The notes: generated from the letters alone by a model not told the origin. A DNA stretch of 64,000 nucleotides from an uncultured bacterium (GCA_937903605.1 CALCZC010000025.1:131275-195274); one strand, 5' to 3'; shown: positions 40,445 to 50,249, counted from the first letter of the stretch. Translations and numbers: made by a program.

Positions 40445-41833
40445 TTATTGCTGTTGTCTCATAAATTCAACAACCACCGGATCTGTAATCACATGCCTTT
40501 TGAGTAACGGTTGTTTGAGCACCAACCCGGATAAGCTGGCGCAACGAGAAAGCGCCACATAAAGTTGGCCGTGGGCAAAAGTTCCCCAACCGATATCCAG
40601 CACCGCTTTTTGAAATGTTTTACCTTGGGCTTTATGGATAGTGACCGCCCAAGCGAGTTTGAGCGGATATTGAGTATAAGTTCCGACAATTTCAGTTTCC
40701 ACTTTATTTTTGGCTTTATCCAAAAAATGTTTGTAATTATTCCAAGTATATGGCAATACCTCTACTATACTTCCTCCGTCCAGTTCTACCAAAATTTTGG
40801 CGCCTTTTATTTCACGACCGATTTCTATCACTTTGCCGATACTACCGTTGACCCAACGACTTTCTTTGTCATTGCTTATCATCATCACTTGCGCGCCGAC
40901 TTTGAGTTTGAGAAGGTTTTCCGCCGGAACTACTCTGTCCTCAAAATCTCCTTCCATTTTACCTTTGAACACTCTTTCTGCTCCCGGCAGTTTACGCAAA
41001 CGAGCTTCGTTTATCTGATTGGCTTGCGCATTGGTAGCGGTTAGTGAAATATAAAAATCATTTTCCGGGCAAATAAAATACGGATCACATTGCTGATTGA
41101 GTAGTGCCAACTCTTTTTCTTGCACGATATTTTCTCGGACTTTGTTGAGGATTTCTATAAACCCATCGTCTTTTTGTCTATAAATTTTACTCAATTCAAT
41201 AATCCTAAAATTAAATTCATCTCCGAGCAGCCTCCTGTCGTTGAGTGCTTTGGCGCTAAAAAAATACGGTGAGGAATAATAAGACTCGAAGTAATCTCTT
41301 TCATCGTCAGTTACTACCGGCGGGAGCTGATAAAGATCGCCCAAAAACACCATCCTCACTCCGCCAAACGGCTTCCCCGGGTTTTTGCCGTTTAATCTCA
41401 TAAATTTATCAATACAATCCAGCAAATCCGCCCGCACCATGGATATTTCATCTATTACCAGTGCATCTAGTTTGCTATAAAGCGATTTACTACTATCTTT
41501 GCCGTGTTTTCTGACCATTGCCGGACTAATTCCCGGACGAAAACCGAAAAATGAATGGATAGTTTGTCCGCGGACATTGAGTGCTGCCACACCGGTTGGC
41601 GCCAAGACAGCGATATTTTGTCCGGTTTTGGCGCGCCAATATTCAAGCAAGGTTGATTTACCTGTCCCGGCTTTACCGGTCAAGAAAATATGATCACGAC
41701 GATTTTCCAACATATCCAGCGCAACAGCAAACTCATCGCTGATTTCAATATTTGAAAATTTATCTTTATCTTCTTTTTTATCTTTAAATTTTTCTTCATC
41801 ACTCTTTTTCCGGCGCAGAGAGTATTTGTGCAT
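40445..41833 (-). CDS. PIF1/RecD-like helicase
   Basis: GKAGTGKS, IDEISM, GDLYQLPPV, TIHKAQG, YVALSR. Confidence 0.93.
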   Translation of the reverse strand: MHKYSLRRKKSDEEKFKDKKEDKDKFSNIEISDEFAVALDMLENRRDHIFLTGKAGTGKSTLLEYWRAKTGQNIAVLAPTGVAALNVRGQTIHSFFGFRPGISPAMVRKHGKDSSKSLYSKLDALVIDEISMVRADLLDCIDKFMRLNGKNPGKPFGGVRMVFLGDLYQLPPVVTDDERDYFESYYSSPYFFSAKALNDRRLLGDEFNFRIIELSKIYRQKDDGFIEILNKVRENIVQEKELALLNQQCDPYFICPENDFYISLTATNAQANQINEARLRKLPGAERVFKGKMEGDFEDRVVPAENLLKLKVGAQVMMISNDKESRWVNGSIGKVIEIGREIKGAKILVELDGGSIVEVLPYTWNNYKHFLDKAKNKVETEIVGTYTQYPLKLAWAVTIHKAQGKTFQKAVLDIGWGTFAHGQLYVALSRCASLSGLVLKQPLLKRHVITDPVVVEFMRQQQ

Positions 41834-41839
41834 ACAACA

Positions 41840-42016
41840 ATTTATGATTTTAGATTTATGAATTTAGATTACGTACGAACTTACGAAATGATACCTGCCC
41901 GCCAACGGCCTGGAGCCGTAAGGTGAATGGCAGGCGGGCGAAATTACGAAAAATAAAATGGTTTTTGTCATTATTTATTCGAGACATTCGGATGAATTCG
42001 TAGATTCGGATTATTC
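41840..42016. repeat. Degenerate tandem arrays (TACGAA.. / ..TTCGTA inverted pair) with GC-rich insert
   Basis: tacgaacttacgaa...ttacgaa versus ttcgagacattcggatgaattcgtagattcgga; CCTGCCCGCC..GGCAGGCGGG insert. Confidence 0.55.
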
Positions 42017-42181
42017 TTGAGAGAATATTATAACACTTCTGAGTAGAAAAAACAAAAATCAATATTTTTAAAATTATTTATATCAAGATATCTGACTAAA
42101 TAACTCTAATATTAGCTAAATTTTGATTAAAAATTACATATTTTATCTAATATTAGCCAAAAATTGGTTTATATGATGGTC

Positions 42182-42210
42182 TTGACAAAAGTGTCAAAAT
42201 ATGCTATAAT
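42182..42210 (+). promoter_or_regulatory. Consensus sigma70 promoter
   Basis: TTGACA-17-TATAAT with extended TG. Confidence 0.8.
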
Positions 42211-42254
42211 ATGCCGTTGAGTTCCTTTTATTAACTAACCCGAAGGAGGGTAAA

Positions 42255-42695
42255 ATGAGTTCAGGATTATTTTTAAGTCTCGAAATTTTTGTTATCATTC
42301 TCAGTGGAATTTCTCTTAACTTCTATTTCTCAAAAAATACTGAGAAGAAAGAAAAAGAAATCTTCCAGGTGCTTTCCGCAGTTTTCATCATCTGTTTCTT
42401 TGTTCTTGTGTCCTATCAAATTGGATACAAAGTAAATGAAGACTCTGGAAAAGGATACGCGGAAGCTATCCAAGAGGGAGAATCTTTCACTATCCATGCT
42501 CTGGTTGACAGAGCGGCGCTGGCTAAAAAGTCAGGCGAAGAAGGGCCGCTTCGTTATTTCCAGATCCCTCTTTCGTGTGTCCGGAAAGAGATTATACTTC
42601 CTGCCAGGCTTATGGTGACTGGCAAAAACCACTGCGAGTGGTTGGATGTCAAAGAAGAAAAACCGGAAAAAATATTTTCTTTATTTGTAAAATGA
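42255..42695 (+). CDS. Orphan 2-TM membrane protein
   Basis: AAGGAGG SD, consensus promoter, downstream hairpin. Confidence 0.7.
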   Translation: MSSGLFLSLEIFVIILSGISLNFYFSKNTEKKEKEIFQVLSAVFIICFFVLVSYQIGYKVNEDSGKGYAEAIQEGESFTIHALVDRAALAKKSGEEGPLRYFQIPLSCVRKEIILPARLMVTGKNHCEWLDVKEEKPEKIFSLFVK

Positions 42696-42834
42696 AGAAA
42701 ATTGCTCTTTAAACTTTTGTCGCAGGCCTACCCGGGCCTGCTTTTAAATTTTAAAAAACAAAAACCGGCCTTCCGGCCGATTTTAATATCAAGTCCGCAT
42801 TCGTTAAAACTATGGACGGACAAGTGTTCAATAT

Positions 42835-43305
42835 TTAATATCCAATATCTTTTATGAATTTTTCTAATTTTGTTTCAAACTGACCACTATTCATCTCCTT
42901 GTTGTTTATTGCCACGCTAGATAGAGATTTTTTTCCAACCAGTGTTTCTATCTCCGCTACGGCTTTGTCGGCCCCAGAGCCTCCCTGAGTGCAAAAAACA
43001 GCTATTCTAGGGAGTCTATCGGCATATCTGGTCGCAAAAGCGCGTATTGGCGAGCTCATATTCCAACCCCAGATAGGAGTACCGATAATCACTAGATCAT
43101 AGGTGGTCAAATCAGATTTTATATCTTCTATCGGAGCAAGAATTTTTTTTATTGATTCTTTGCCACAGCGGAAATACCCCACCACTCCGGCTCTATCAGT
43201 CGGGTCTTTTATTTCTTCTATGTCGGCATTGAGTTTGGTTCTTAAATTTTCAGCAACCTTACGAGTCATCCCCGTACGGGAAAAATAAATAATTAGTGTT
43301 TTCAT
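42835..43305 (-). CDS. Flavodoxin-like protein
   Basis: YFSRTGMT, GTPIW, FCTQGG. Confidence 0.9.
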   Translation of the reverse strand: MKTLIIYFSRTGMTRKVAENLRTKLNADIEEIKDPTDRAGVVGYFRCGKESIKKILAPIEDIKSDLTTYDLVIIGTPIWGWNMSSPIRAFATRYADRLPRIAVFCTQGGSGADKAVAEIETLVGKKSLSSVAINNKEMNSGQFETKLEKFIKDIGY

Positions 43306-43306
43306 A

Positions 43307-43416
43307 TTTTTGATTTATGAATTATGATTTTTGAATTATGATTTATAGACACCTGCGTCATCCTGAATGACAAAATGGTTTTATCATTCTAAAATCTGCA
43401 TTCTAACATCTAAAAT
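43307..43416 (-). repeat. Collapsed copy of the 40258-40440 composite element
   Basis: Same arms; core reduced to GTCATTCAGGATGAC. Confidence 0.7.
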
Positions 43417-43913
43417 TAATTAATCATCACTATTGTTAAATTAAGCACTGAAGCAAAACTCACCCATAAAATATACGGAACCAAAAGCCACCCGGCTGTC
43501 TTGTTGATTTTATAAAAAAAGTAAATATTTATCGCAATAGCAAACCATAAAAAGACGATATCAATAAAAGCCAGGAGCGGATTGTGAAAACCAAAGAAAA
43601 ATATTGACCAAAAAACATTGAGAGTTAGCTGCACGGCAAACGCGGTTATGGCCCAGAGTTTGAGATGATTACCTTTAAATAATCTAGTGAACCAATTCCC
43701 CTGTTTACTGGTCCAAACAAGTGCCAAAGCTATACCCATCATAATAAAAAGTATTGTCCAAACCGGTCCGAAAATCCAACTTGGCGGATTAAACTCAGGT
43801 TTATTGAGAGTTGCGTACCAACCTGGAATACTCGGGGTGGTAAAAAGAGAACCTACGGCGCTAGCCGCCAGCGGAATAATGATAGCGATGATATATTTTA
43901 AATATTTGGGCAT
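43416..43913 (-). CDS. TspO/MBR family protein
   Basis: WYATLNKPEFNPPSWIFGPVWT, LVPYILWVSFA. Confidence 0.95.
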   Translation of the reverse strand: MPKYLKYIIAIIIPLAASAVGSLFTTPSIPGWYATLNKPEFNPPSWIFGPVWTILFIMMGIALALVWTSKQGNWFTRLFKGNHLKLWAITAFAVQLTLNVFWSIFFFGFHNPLLAFIDIVFLWFAIAINIYFFYKINKTAGWLLVPYILWVSFASVLNLTIVMIN

Positions 43914-43951
43914 ATGTTATTTTTAATTTTTGAATTAACAAATGTATTATA

Positions 43952-44386
43952 TCACTTACATTCTCCATTATACAATTTATCCAACGCGCAAGTTGATCCG
44001 TCATCAAAAGTACAAATATCACCATTGTTGGTCGTGGTGTGTCCCCCTACCCAAGCGCAAAATCTTTGCTCTTCCGTGTCGTAACCTGTAGTTTTTACCC
44101 CACCGACCGGACATTCACCGCGCATCAACGCCCATTCTTCACAAGCTCGATTATCTTCAAAATAACACAAACTGTATTGTCCAGCATTATTTTCTTTCAT
44201 CACCGAAGTTCCACTTTTTTCCGCACAATTCACACTGGCCGGATTGGCAATACCAAGATTTTGTTCTTGATCATTATTTAACGTCTGTTTATAATTATTT
44301 ATTTTTTCCGGATAAAACGTCAAAAAAATACTTATTCCGGCCAACACAATTACTGTCATCAGTAAAGAAAATAATTTTTTTGTCAT
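43952..44386 (-). CDS. DUF333 domain protein
   Basis: N-terminal TM; ANPASVNC..CEEWALMRGEC. Confidence 0.85.
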   Translation of the reverse strand: MTKKLFSLLMTVIVLAGISIFLTFYPEKINNYKQTLNNDQEQNLGIANPASVNCAEKSGTSVMKENNAGQYSLCYFEDNRACEEWALMRGECPVGGVKTTGYDTEEQRFCAWVGGHTTTNNGDICTFDDGSTCALDKLYNGECK

Positions 44387-44575
44387 ATAATTAAAGTAAT
44401 TATATAAAAATAATATTTAATATCTACTTTTCATTTTTACTATTAATTATCTATATATTACACTTATTTTATAAAAAATTCAATCTTATTTATTTTTACT
44501 AAAACAAGTGCTTAAACCTACAAGCTAAAGCATTTGGCTAAAAATAATATCTTAATATTTTAATTTATCTTTTTA

Positions 44576-45697
44576 CTATTTTTCCCAACTAAAACCCTCT
44601 CTCCCAAAATGTCCATAAGCGGAAGTCATGGAATAAATAGGCTGTTTTAATTGCAAAAATTCCGTAATACCCCGTGGGGTAAGATCAAAATTGGCGCGCA
44701 AATATTCGCCCGCTTCTTTTTCTCTACTTTTATCTCCGCGAAATATTTCAACATTTACATCCACTGGTTCACTAACACCGATAGCATAAGCCAAGCGTAC
44801 TTCGGCTTCTGCTGCAAAACCCAGTTTGATAAGCTGTCTGGCGAGAAATCTAGCCATATAGGCGGCACTACGATCCACTTTACTGGCATCTTTACCGGAA
44901 AATGCCCCTCCTCCGATACGACCGATACCGCCATAAGTATCTACCGCAATTTTTCGACCGGTCAAACCACAATCACCATAAGGTCCGCCGGTTTCAAAAC
45001 GTCCGGTCGGGTTGATATAAATTTTTATTTTTTTATCATCCTTGATATTTTGAAAATGCGGATTAATAATGAATTCTTTTTTAAACCATTCACCGCAAAT
45101 CGGCTTGATAACATTTTCCAAAACATATTTTTCCAAATCCGCGCTGGCAATGTCTTTGATGTGTTGCACGGAAACAATCACTGATTCTATTTCTTTTGGG
45201 ATACCGTTTTCATACGCGACAGTAACTTGGGCTTTGCCGTCGGGCAATAGCGGACAATCTGCTTGGGTTTTGGTCAACTCATTTAATCGTGCGCAAAGAC
45301 GATGGGAAAGCAGTAGTGGCAACGGTATCATCTGGGAAGTTTCATCTGTGGCATAACCGTACATCATCCCCTGATCGCCCGCTCCGCCAGTATCCACTCC
45401 TTGAGCAATATGCGCGGATTGTTGACCAATGAGATTTTGGATCTGGAAATTATTAACTTCTCTTTCACTATAACCAATATTTTTCAATACATTTTTGGCA
45501 ATAGTTACATAATCAGGTCTAGCACCAGAAGTTATTTCTCCAGCCAAGATAAGGTGGTTGTCCTTGATAAGACATTCTATAGCTACGCGCGAATTTGGAT
45601 CTACCCCTAAACAAGCATCCAAAATCGCATCGCTAATTTGATCACAAATTTTGTCCGGATGACCGGCACAAACTGATTCACAAGTTTTATATTTCAT
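44576..45697 (-). CDS. metK: S-adenosylmethionine synthetase
   Basis: GHPDKICDQISD, GAGDQG, GGGAFSGKD. Confidence 0.97.
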   Translation of the reverse strand: MKYKTCESVCAGHPDKICDQISDAILDACLGVDPNSRVAIECLIKDNHLILAGEITSGARPDYVTIAKNVLKNIGYSEREVNNFQIQNLIGQQSAHIAQGVDTGGAGDQGMMYGYATDETSQMIPLPLLLSHRLCARLNELTKTQADCPLLPDGKAQVTVAYENGIPKEIESVIVSVQHIKDIASADLEKYVLENVIKPICGEWFKKEFIINPHFQNIKDDKKIKIYINPTGRFETGGPYGDCGLTGRKIAVDTYGGIGRIGGGAFSGKDASKVDRSAAYMARFLARQLIKLGFAAEAEVRLAYAIGVSEPVDVNVEIFRGDKSREKEAGEYLRANFDLTPRGITEFLQLKQPIYSMTSAYGHFGREGFSWEK

Positions 45698-45762
45698 ATT
45701 TAAAAATTTAAAGATTGTAAAATTAACGAATTTTAGATTTATGATTTTAGATTAACAATTTA

Positions 45763-45850
45763 AGACTCTCCCCTAACCCCTCTCTTATCAAGAGAGGGGA
45801 AACCATAGACCCCCTCCTTTTATTTAAGAGGAGGGCTTGGGGTGGAGTCT
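45763..45850. repeat. CCCCTCT/AGAGGGG-type REP doublet, copy 1
   Basis: AGACTC...GAGTCT ends; shares CTCCTTTTATTTAAGAGGAGGG with the copies at 48086 and 49735. Confidence 0.8.
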
Positions 45851-45924
45851 ATAAATAAAAAACTTTCCCTATTTGGGAAAGAAGAAAATCGACCTGCCTG
45901 CGCGTTTTTTAAGACGAACAGGCC

Positions 45925-46074
45925 TTATCTTTCCCTATTCTCCGCATTTGAAACGGAGTAAAGGCTAGAATTGGCACCTTTCTTTGAAGTTTAATCAAAG
46001 AGGTTGTCGGCAGTGTTCGGGCTAGATCCCTAGATTCTTCGCCAAAGCGAAAAAACAAACTGCACTCTGGATAA
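45925..46074 (-). promoter_or_regulatory. SAM-I (S-box) riboswitch upstream of metK
   Basis: Minus strand TTATCCAGAG...AGGGA..GCCCGA..ACAACC...GGTGCCAATTC...GAAAGATAA; terminator-like hairpin at about 45857-45883; TTTACA/TATAAT promoter upstream. Confidence 0.88.
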
Positions 46075-46156
46075 TTTAAATTGTCTGGGATAATTATAAC
46101 ACAAATAATTTAAAGTTGTAAAGTTGAAAATTAAAATTGAAAGATTAAAAAGATTT

Positions 46157-46218
46157 ACCCCTGTGAAATGGCGCTTTGCGCCAATTTTTGTTAAAACAAA
46201 AATTATTTCACGGGGTGA
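46157..46218. mobile_element. Miniature IR element of the GIY-YIG-IR family
   Basis: ACCCCTGTGAAATG...TATTTCACGGGGTGA with two internal hairpins. Confidence 0.65.
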
Positions 46219-46255
46219 ATAAAAAAAGCGGAGGGTTAACTCCGCTTCTGATTTT

Positions 46256-47653
46256 TTAAACCTTTCTAAATTTACTTTCGCGACATTTCAAATCACGTCC
46301 GCAATAACGAACACCTTCGGCACAGGCGCCGCTATGAAAACAAGGCGGAATCATTTTGGCAATAATTTTTTTTATGCCTTCTTTCGTGTGGTTGCTCTCT
46401 TTGTTTTTACTCAAAGACAATATGGCATCTCTGAGCAAAACATTGAGATTGTAGATTTCTTCCTGTGCTTGCCAACAGAATCTCTTTGCACTTTCATGAA
46501 GCCAAGCATTGAAAGTGCTAGTTTTCTTGTAAGTAACTACGGTACCATAAGGAGCGATAGCTGAAAACAGGCTTACAGGAATAGAATCTCTCAAGTCACA
46601 GTAGTATGAAAAAAAAGATTTAGCAATTTTTTCCATTCTGAGTTCCTGACATATCGGCGTAAGATAAAACTGTCCGGTAAATATAGGTTCGCCACGACGA
46701 ACCGTCCGGTGTCGCTGATCCTGTCCCATGGTTGTTAGAGAAATTCTAGCGCGATAAGAAATCATACCGATATTATTTTCCATTCTCTCCGGCAAAAAGT
46801 GAAGCTTGTCAACCGGATGCATATCCGTCTCTTCGGGAGATTTGAATTCCATCAAATCTTGAAAATTAACATCTTCTACTTTGGGATTAAGAACAAGTAT
46901 TTCTTTCGGTAAAATCAACGGCCAACGGCAAATCCAATCATCTTTACGTCGACGGTTATGGTCAAACATAAAGGCGATCTGGGGATATTTTTCTAAAATC
47001 CGTTCTTTCATCATTTCCGTAATCTTCCGCATTCCCGGCGACCAAGCCGATTCCCACAAAGAAACCAGGGTGACAAGATCAATGGTATGCACCAGGCCAG
47101 TGGGAAAAATTGTGGAAATAAATACCCGGAGTTGCTCCTGAGCGATTTTCGGCGCTCTATCAGCAATAACTTCTTCATTCAAATCAGGTCTTTCTTGACG
47201 AAAAAGTTTTGCGGTAGTCGCAATCGCTTCACTAATATGAGACGAGTAAATTTCTGTTCCGAGTTTTATAAAACCCAGAACATTTTCAACTTGTGTCGGA
47301 GTACACTCCGGCCACAAGGACAAGATGTGCGCGCGGATAGAGATATAATCGGGGTTGATAAACATTTTGGCACAATATCTGCCCGAACGCTGGTCCGAAT
47401 TGTAAAAGGGATGAGTCAAATGAAGACCCAGCGTCACATCACTTACCGGAATATCTTCCAAGAAAAAGGTGAAATTGGTGTGTTCCAATGTAGTGTGATG
47501 AGAAACGAAAAAAAGTTTGTTTTGAACGAATTTTTTCGCATTTTCTTCTTCATTAATCAAACCGGGCATTTCATCTTGATAACAAGTTTTACCGGAAAAT
47601 TCCGCCATTCCCAACGGTGGGTTGGAAGAAACACCTAACAACGTTACTTTCAT
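46256..47653 (-). CDS. thyX: Tandem-domain FAD-dependent thymidylate synthase-like protein
   Basis: HHTTLEH, SDQRSGRY, QDQRHRT, RFCWQAQEEI; about twice the normal length. Confidence 0.75.
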   Translation of the reverse strand: MKVTLLGVSSNPPLGMAEFSGKTCYQDEMPGLINEEENAKKFVQNKLFFVSHHTTLEHTNFTFFLEDIPVSDVTLGLHLTHPFYNSDQRSGRYCAKMFINPDYISIRAHILSLWPECTPTQVENVLGFIKLGTEIYSSHISEAIATTAKLFRQERPDLNEEVIADRAPKIAQEQLRVFISTIFPTGLVHTIDLVTLVSLWESAWSPGMRKITEMMKERILEKYPQIAFMFDHNRRRKDDWICRWPLILPKEILVLNPKVEDVNFQDLMEFKSPEETDMHPVDKLHFLPERMENNIGMISYRARISLTTMGQDQRHRTVRRGEPIFTGQFYLTPICQELRMEKIAKSFFSYYCDLRDSIPVSLFSAIAPYGTVVTYKKTSTFNAWLHESAKRFCWQAQEEIYNLNVLLRDAILSLSKNKESNHTKEGIKKIIAKMIPPCFHSGACAEGVRYCGRDLKCRESKFRKV

Positions 47654-47827
47654 GACTTTTCTCCTATAGAAAGGTTATTTTGTAAAGTACAATAATCAAA
47701 AAGACTTTAACAGCTTACAAACAAAATGTCAAAGATATTTGGGCCCTTCTGATTGACAAGACAGCTTTTATTTGTTACTTTCAAAATGGTTATTTAATAA
47801 TTTTCCTATATTTATAAGGAGGATATT

Positions 47828-48043
47828 ATGAATTATCCGGAAAAAAAGATTTTGGATGAATTTGAAGATGGAGCTTATACCTACACCTTCACCTGTAAAA
47901 TTTGCGGTTCAAAATTTGATTTCAGAGCTGATAACATGCAAATAGCTGTTTTTCGCGGTTTCAAAAAACACGACAAAGAAAATCCGAACTGCCACAGCAA
48001 CAAATATCATCTTTCCGGCGCCGGAGCCGTGCAGGAAAATTAA
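47828..48043 (+). CDS. Orphan small Cys/His zinc-binding protein
   Basis: AAGGAGG SD, TTGACA promoter at 47753, CKIC...H...C, terminator. Confidence 0.65.
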   Translation: MNYPEKKILDEFEDGAYTYTFTCKICGSKFDFRADNMQIAVFRGFKKHDKENPNCHSNKYHLSGAGAVQEN

Positions 48044-48085
48044 AATCAAAACCGACCCTTTTTACAGGCCGGTTTTTTATTTTTT

Positions 48086-48232
48086 AGACTCTCCACTAAC
48101 CCCTCTCTTATTAAGAGAGGGTGTTTTCTCCCACTCCCTCCCAACCTCCCTCTTCCGCCAAAGGCGGACAGGCTGGGCAGAGGGAGGAGTTTTCCCCTCC
48201 TTTTATTTAAGAGGAGGGATAGGGTGGAGTCT
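48086..48232. repeat. CCCCTCT/AGAGGGG-type REP cluster, copy 2 (nested units)
   Basis: Same units as 45763 and 49735; contains a TCCGCCAAAGGCGGA insert. Confidence 0.8.
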
Positions 48233-49023
48233 TAATTTCTTCTAAAAAATTCGTATAGAAATATACTGGCAGCGCAAGCGGCGTTGAGCGATTCTATCTT
48301 TTCACTGGTTTTGATACAAACATTGGCATGAGATAATGCCAAAATTTCATCATCTATCCCACGGGCTTCACTGCCGATAACTATACAGTAATCCCCTGTT
48401 TTTTTGAAAACTTCGGACAACTCAGTATTATTTTGCGAAACAGTCGCGCAGACTATGGTGGTTTGTTTTTGTAACTGTTTTATAATTTCCCTATTTTTAT
48501 CTTTAAAAATTTTGACTTTGAAAATGGCATCTTTGGTGGCGGAAATAGTTTTGGGACTAAACGGATCGGCACATTTTTCATCTACCACGATATTTTCTAT
48601 TCCGAAACTCACGGCCGAACGGATAATCGTGCCGACATTTCCCGGATCGTTCAAACCGTTGAGATAAATAACACTGCCTTTGATTTTTTCACTCATTGTC
48701 GGCAGAGGGTAAACAGCGGCCAAGCCGGACGGAGTTTCCAGAGAGCTAAAATGTTTGTTCATAGGCGCGCTAATCTGAAAAACCGGAATATTTTGTTTGG
48801 TTTTTTGCAAAAACTTTTCCAGTTCACCTTGTTTATCAGACAGAAATTCCTCAGTCACATAAATTTCTTGCGGATAAAAACCACTTTTGAAAGCATCAAA
48901 AACAGTATTATGATTTTCAACCAAAAATAAACCGGATTGAATACGATATTTGTTCAATTCCAGTTTTTTCAATTCTTTGATTTTCGAACTGTTTTTTCCC
49001 AAATTTATAATATTCATAACCAA
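48232..49023 (-). CDS. TrmH/SpoU family RNA methyltransferase
   Basis: DPGNVGTIIRS, GSEARGI, ESLNAA. Confidence 0.93.
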   Translation of the reverse strand: MVMNIINLGKNSSKIKELKKLELNKYRIQSGLFLVENHNTVFDAFKSGFYPQEIYVTEEFLSDKQGELEKFLQKTKQNIPVFQISAPMNKHFSSLETPSGLAAVYPLPTMSEKIKGSVIYLNGLNDPGNVGTIIRSAVSFGIENIVVDEKCADPFSPKTISATKDAIFKVKIFKDKNREIIKQLQKQTTIVCATVSQNNTELSEVFKKTGDYCIVIGSEARGIDDEILALSHANVCIKTSEKIESLNAACAASIFLYEFFRRN

Positions 49024-49024
49024 C

Positions 49025-49489
49025 TTATTTTAATACTTCACCAACATAATAAGTGACAATAATTACAATAGTGGCGATAGTCAAATGTTCAAAAATTACC
49101 CCTACAGGATTGACATTCTTTTGCTTGGCAATATAGTAATTGAAGGTAACAAGTAAAAAAATACCCCAAAGTATACAAGCGACAACCGCAATATTTAAAG
49201 GTAAAAATAAAATCGGTAGAACAAAAGATAACGCAATAAAAAACTTTGATAAGAAAGTAGCTAAGGTGGATTCCCAAATTTCTTTTTCCGTATTACTTTT
49301 TTCCGATTCTTGCGAGACATGAATTCCCAGAGCATCCGACATGGCATCTGCTATTGCGATCACCAAAATACCGCTGATAATAACTACACTGGAGTGTGTG
49401 TTGGAAAAAAGACCGACGATTAAGCCCAGAGTAGTGATAATCCCGGAAGTCAACCCAAAACTAACCCCTTTTTTAACGGATAATTTCAT
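49025..49489 (-). CDS. VIT1/CCC1-like membrane protein
   Basis: FGLTSGIITTLG, ADAMSDALGIHVSQE. Confidence 0.8.
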   Translation of the reverse strand: MKLSVKKGVSFGLTSGIITTLGLIVGLFSNTHSSVVIISGILVIAIADAMSDALGIHVSQESEKSNTEKEIWESTLATFLSKFFIALSFVLPILFLPLNIAVVACILWGIFLLVTFNYYIAKQKNVNPVGVIFEHLTIATIVIIVTYYVGEVLK

Positions 49490-49509
49490 AAAATTTTAAA
49501 AAATATAAA

Positions 49510-49719
49510 TTATTTTTTCTTGTTCGTGTTAATACCAAAAAGCACATAAACACCGCAAAATCCGGTGATCGCAGTAAAAAGCAAAATTATGCTTACCACA
49601 TATAAAAACCAAGCCATCAAACCGACAAACGAAGTATAGGCCCAAAAAAATACACCAACTGAAGCCAGAAAACGAATAACTCTATCTAGAGTTCCTTCGT
49701 TTTGTTGAAATTTAAACAT
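49510..49719 (-). CDS. DUF2892 (YgaP-like) membrane protein
   Basis: NEGTLDRVIR...GFCGVY..GINT. Confidence 0.88.
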   Translation of the reverse strand: MFKFQQNEGTLDRVIRFLASVGVFFWAYTSFVGLMAWFLYVVSIILLFTAITGFCGVYVLFGINTNKKK

Positions 49720-49734
49720 ATATGTTAAATTATT

Positions 49735-49813
49735 CTCTCCTTTTATTTAAGAGGAGGGATGGGTGGAGTCTCTCCCACTCCCTCCCAACCTCCCTCTCAG
49801 GCAGAGGGAGGGG
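49735..49813. repeat. CCCCTCT/AGAGGGG-type REP cluster, copy 3
   Basis: Units as in 48086-48232 but in swapped order and without the insert. Confidence 0.78.
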
Positions 49814-49816
49814 TTA

Positions 49817-50236
49817 TTAAATTTTTTTTAAAAGATCAACCAAAGACAATTTAACAAAATTACCATTATAAGTTTTCAATGTTTTTTCCCATTTTTTTGG
49901 AAGTAATTTTTGCAATTCCGGCATAATAGTCCCCGGAGCAAATAGATAAGCGACTTTGGCACTACTGACATTTTTGAGATTGGATTTAAAAGCGGTAAAA
50001 GATTCTTTTTGTAAAAAGTTTTTCATAGCCCCCGCCTTATCTCCGGACTGAAAAAACACATTACCGTATTTACCAGTCTGTTCCCTGTCGGAAAATTTGG
50101 ACTTTTCTACTACAAAACCGGACACTTTGTTTATTACTCCTTTATCAGCCAAATAAAAATCCGCATTTAAATTTCCCGCCACGATAATCGCCACGCTGTT
50201 TTTCTCAAATTGAGGTAAGTTTTTTGGTATTTTCAT
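49817..50236 (-). CDS. Hypothetical protein (possibly host-attachment/baeRF-like)
   Basis: True start MKIPKNLP; the upstream extension is a translated repeat. Family guess rests on FSDRE and YLFAP patterns only. Confidence 0.55.
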   Translation of the reverse strand: MKIPKNLPQFEKNSVAIIVAGNLNADFYLADKGVINKVSGFVVEKSKFSDREQTGKYGNVFFQSGDKAGAMKNFLQKESFTAFKSNLKNVSSAKVAYLFAPGTIMPELQKLLPKKWEKTLKTYNGNFVKLSLVDLLKKI

Positions 50237-50249
50237 AGAAGCTATGAAT

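Noticed and set aside
42095-42170. Direct repeats ATATTAGCYAAA upstream of the 42182 promoter
   Set aside because: Could be an operator, but only two short AT-rich copies; not distinguishable from chance
45763-49813. CRISPR array
   Set aside because: Repeats are palindromic REP-like units without regular unique spacers; no cas genes
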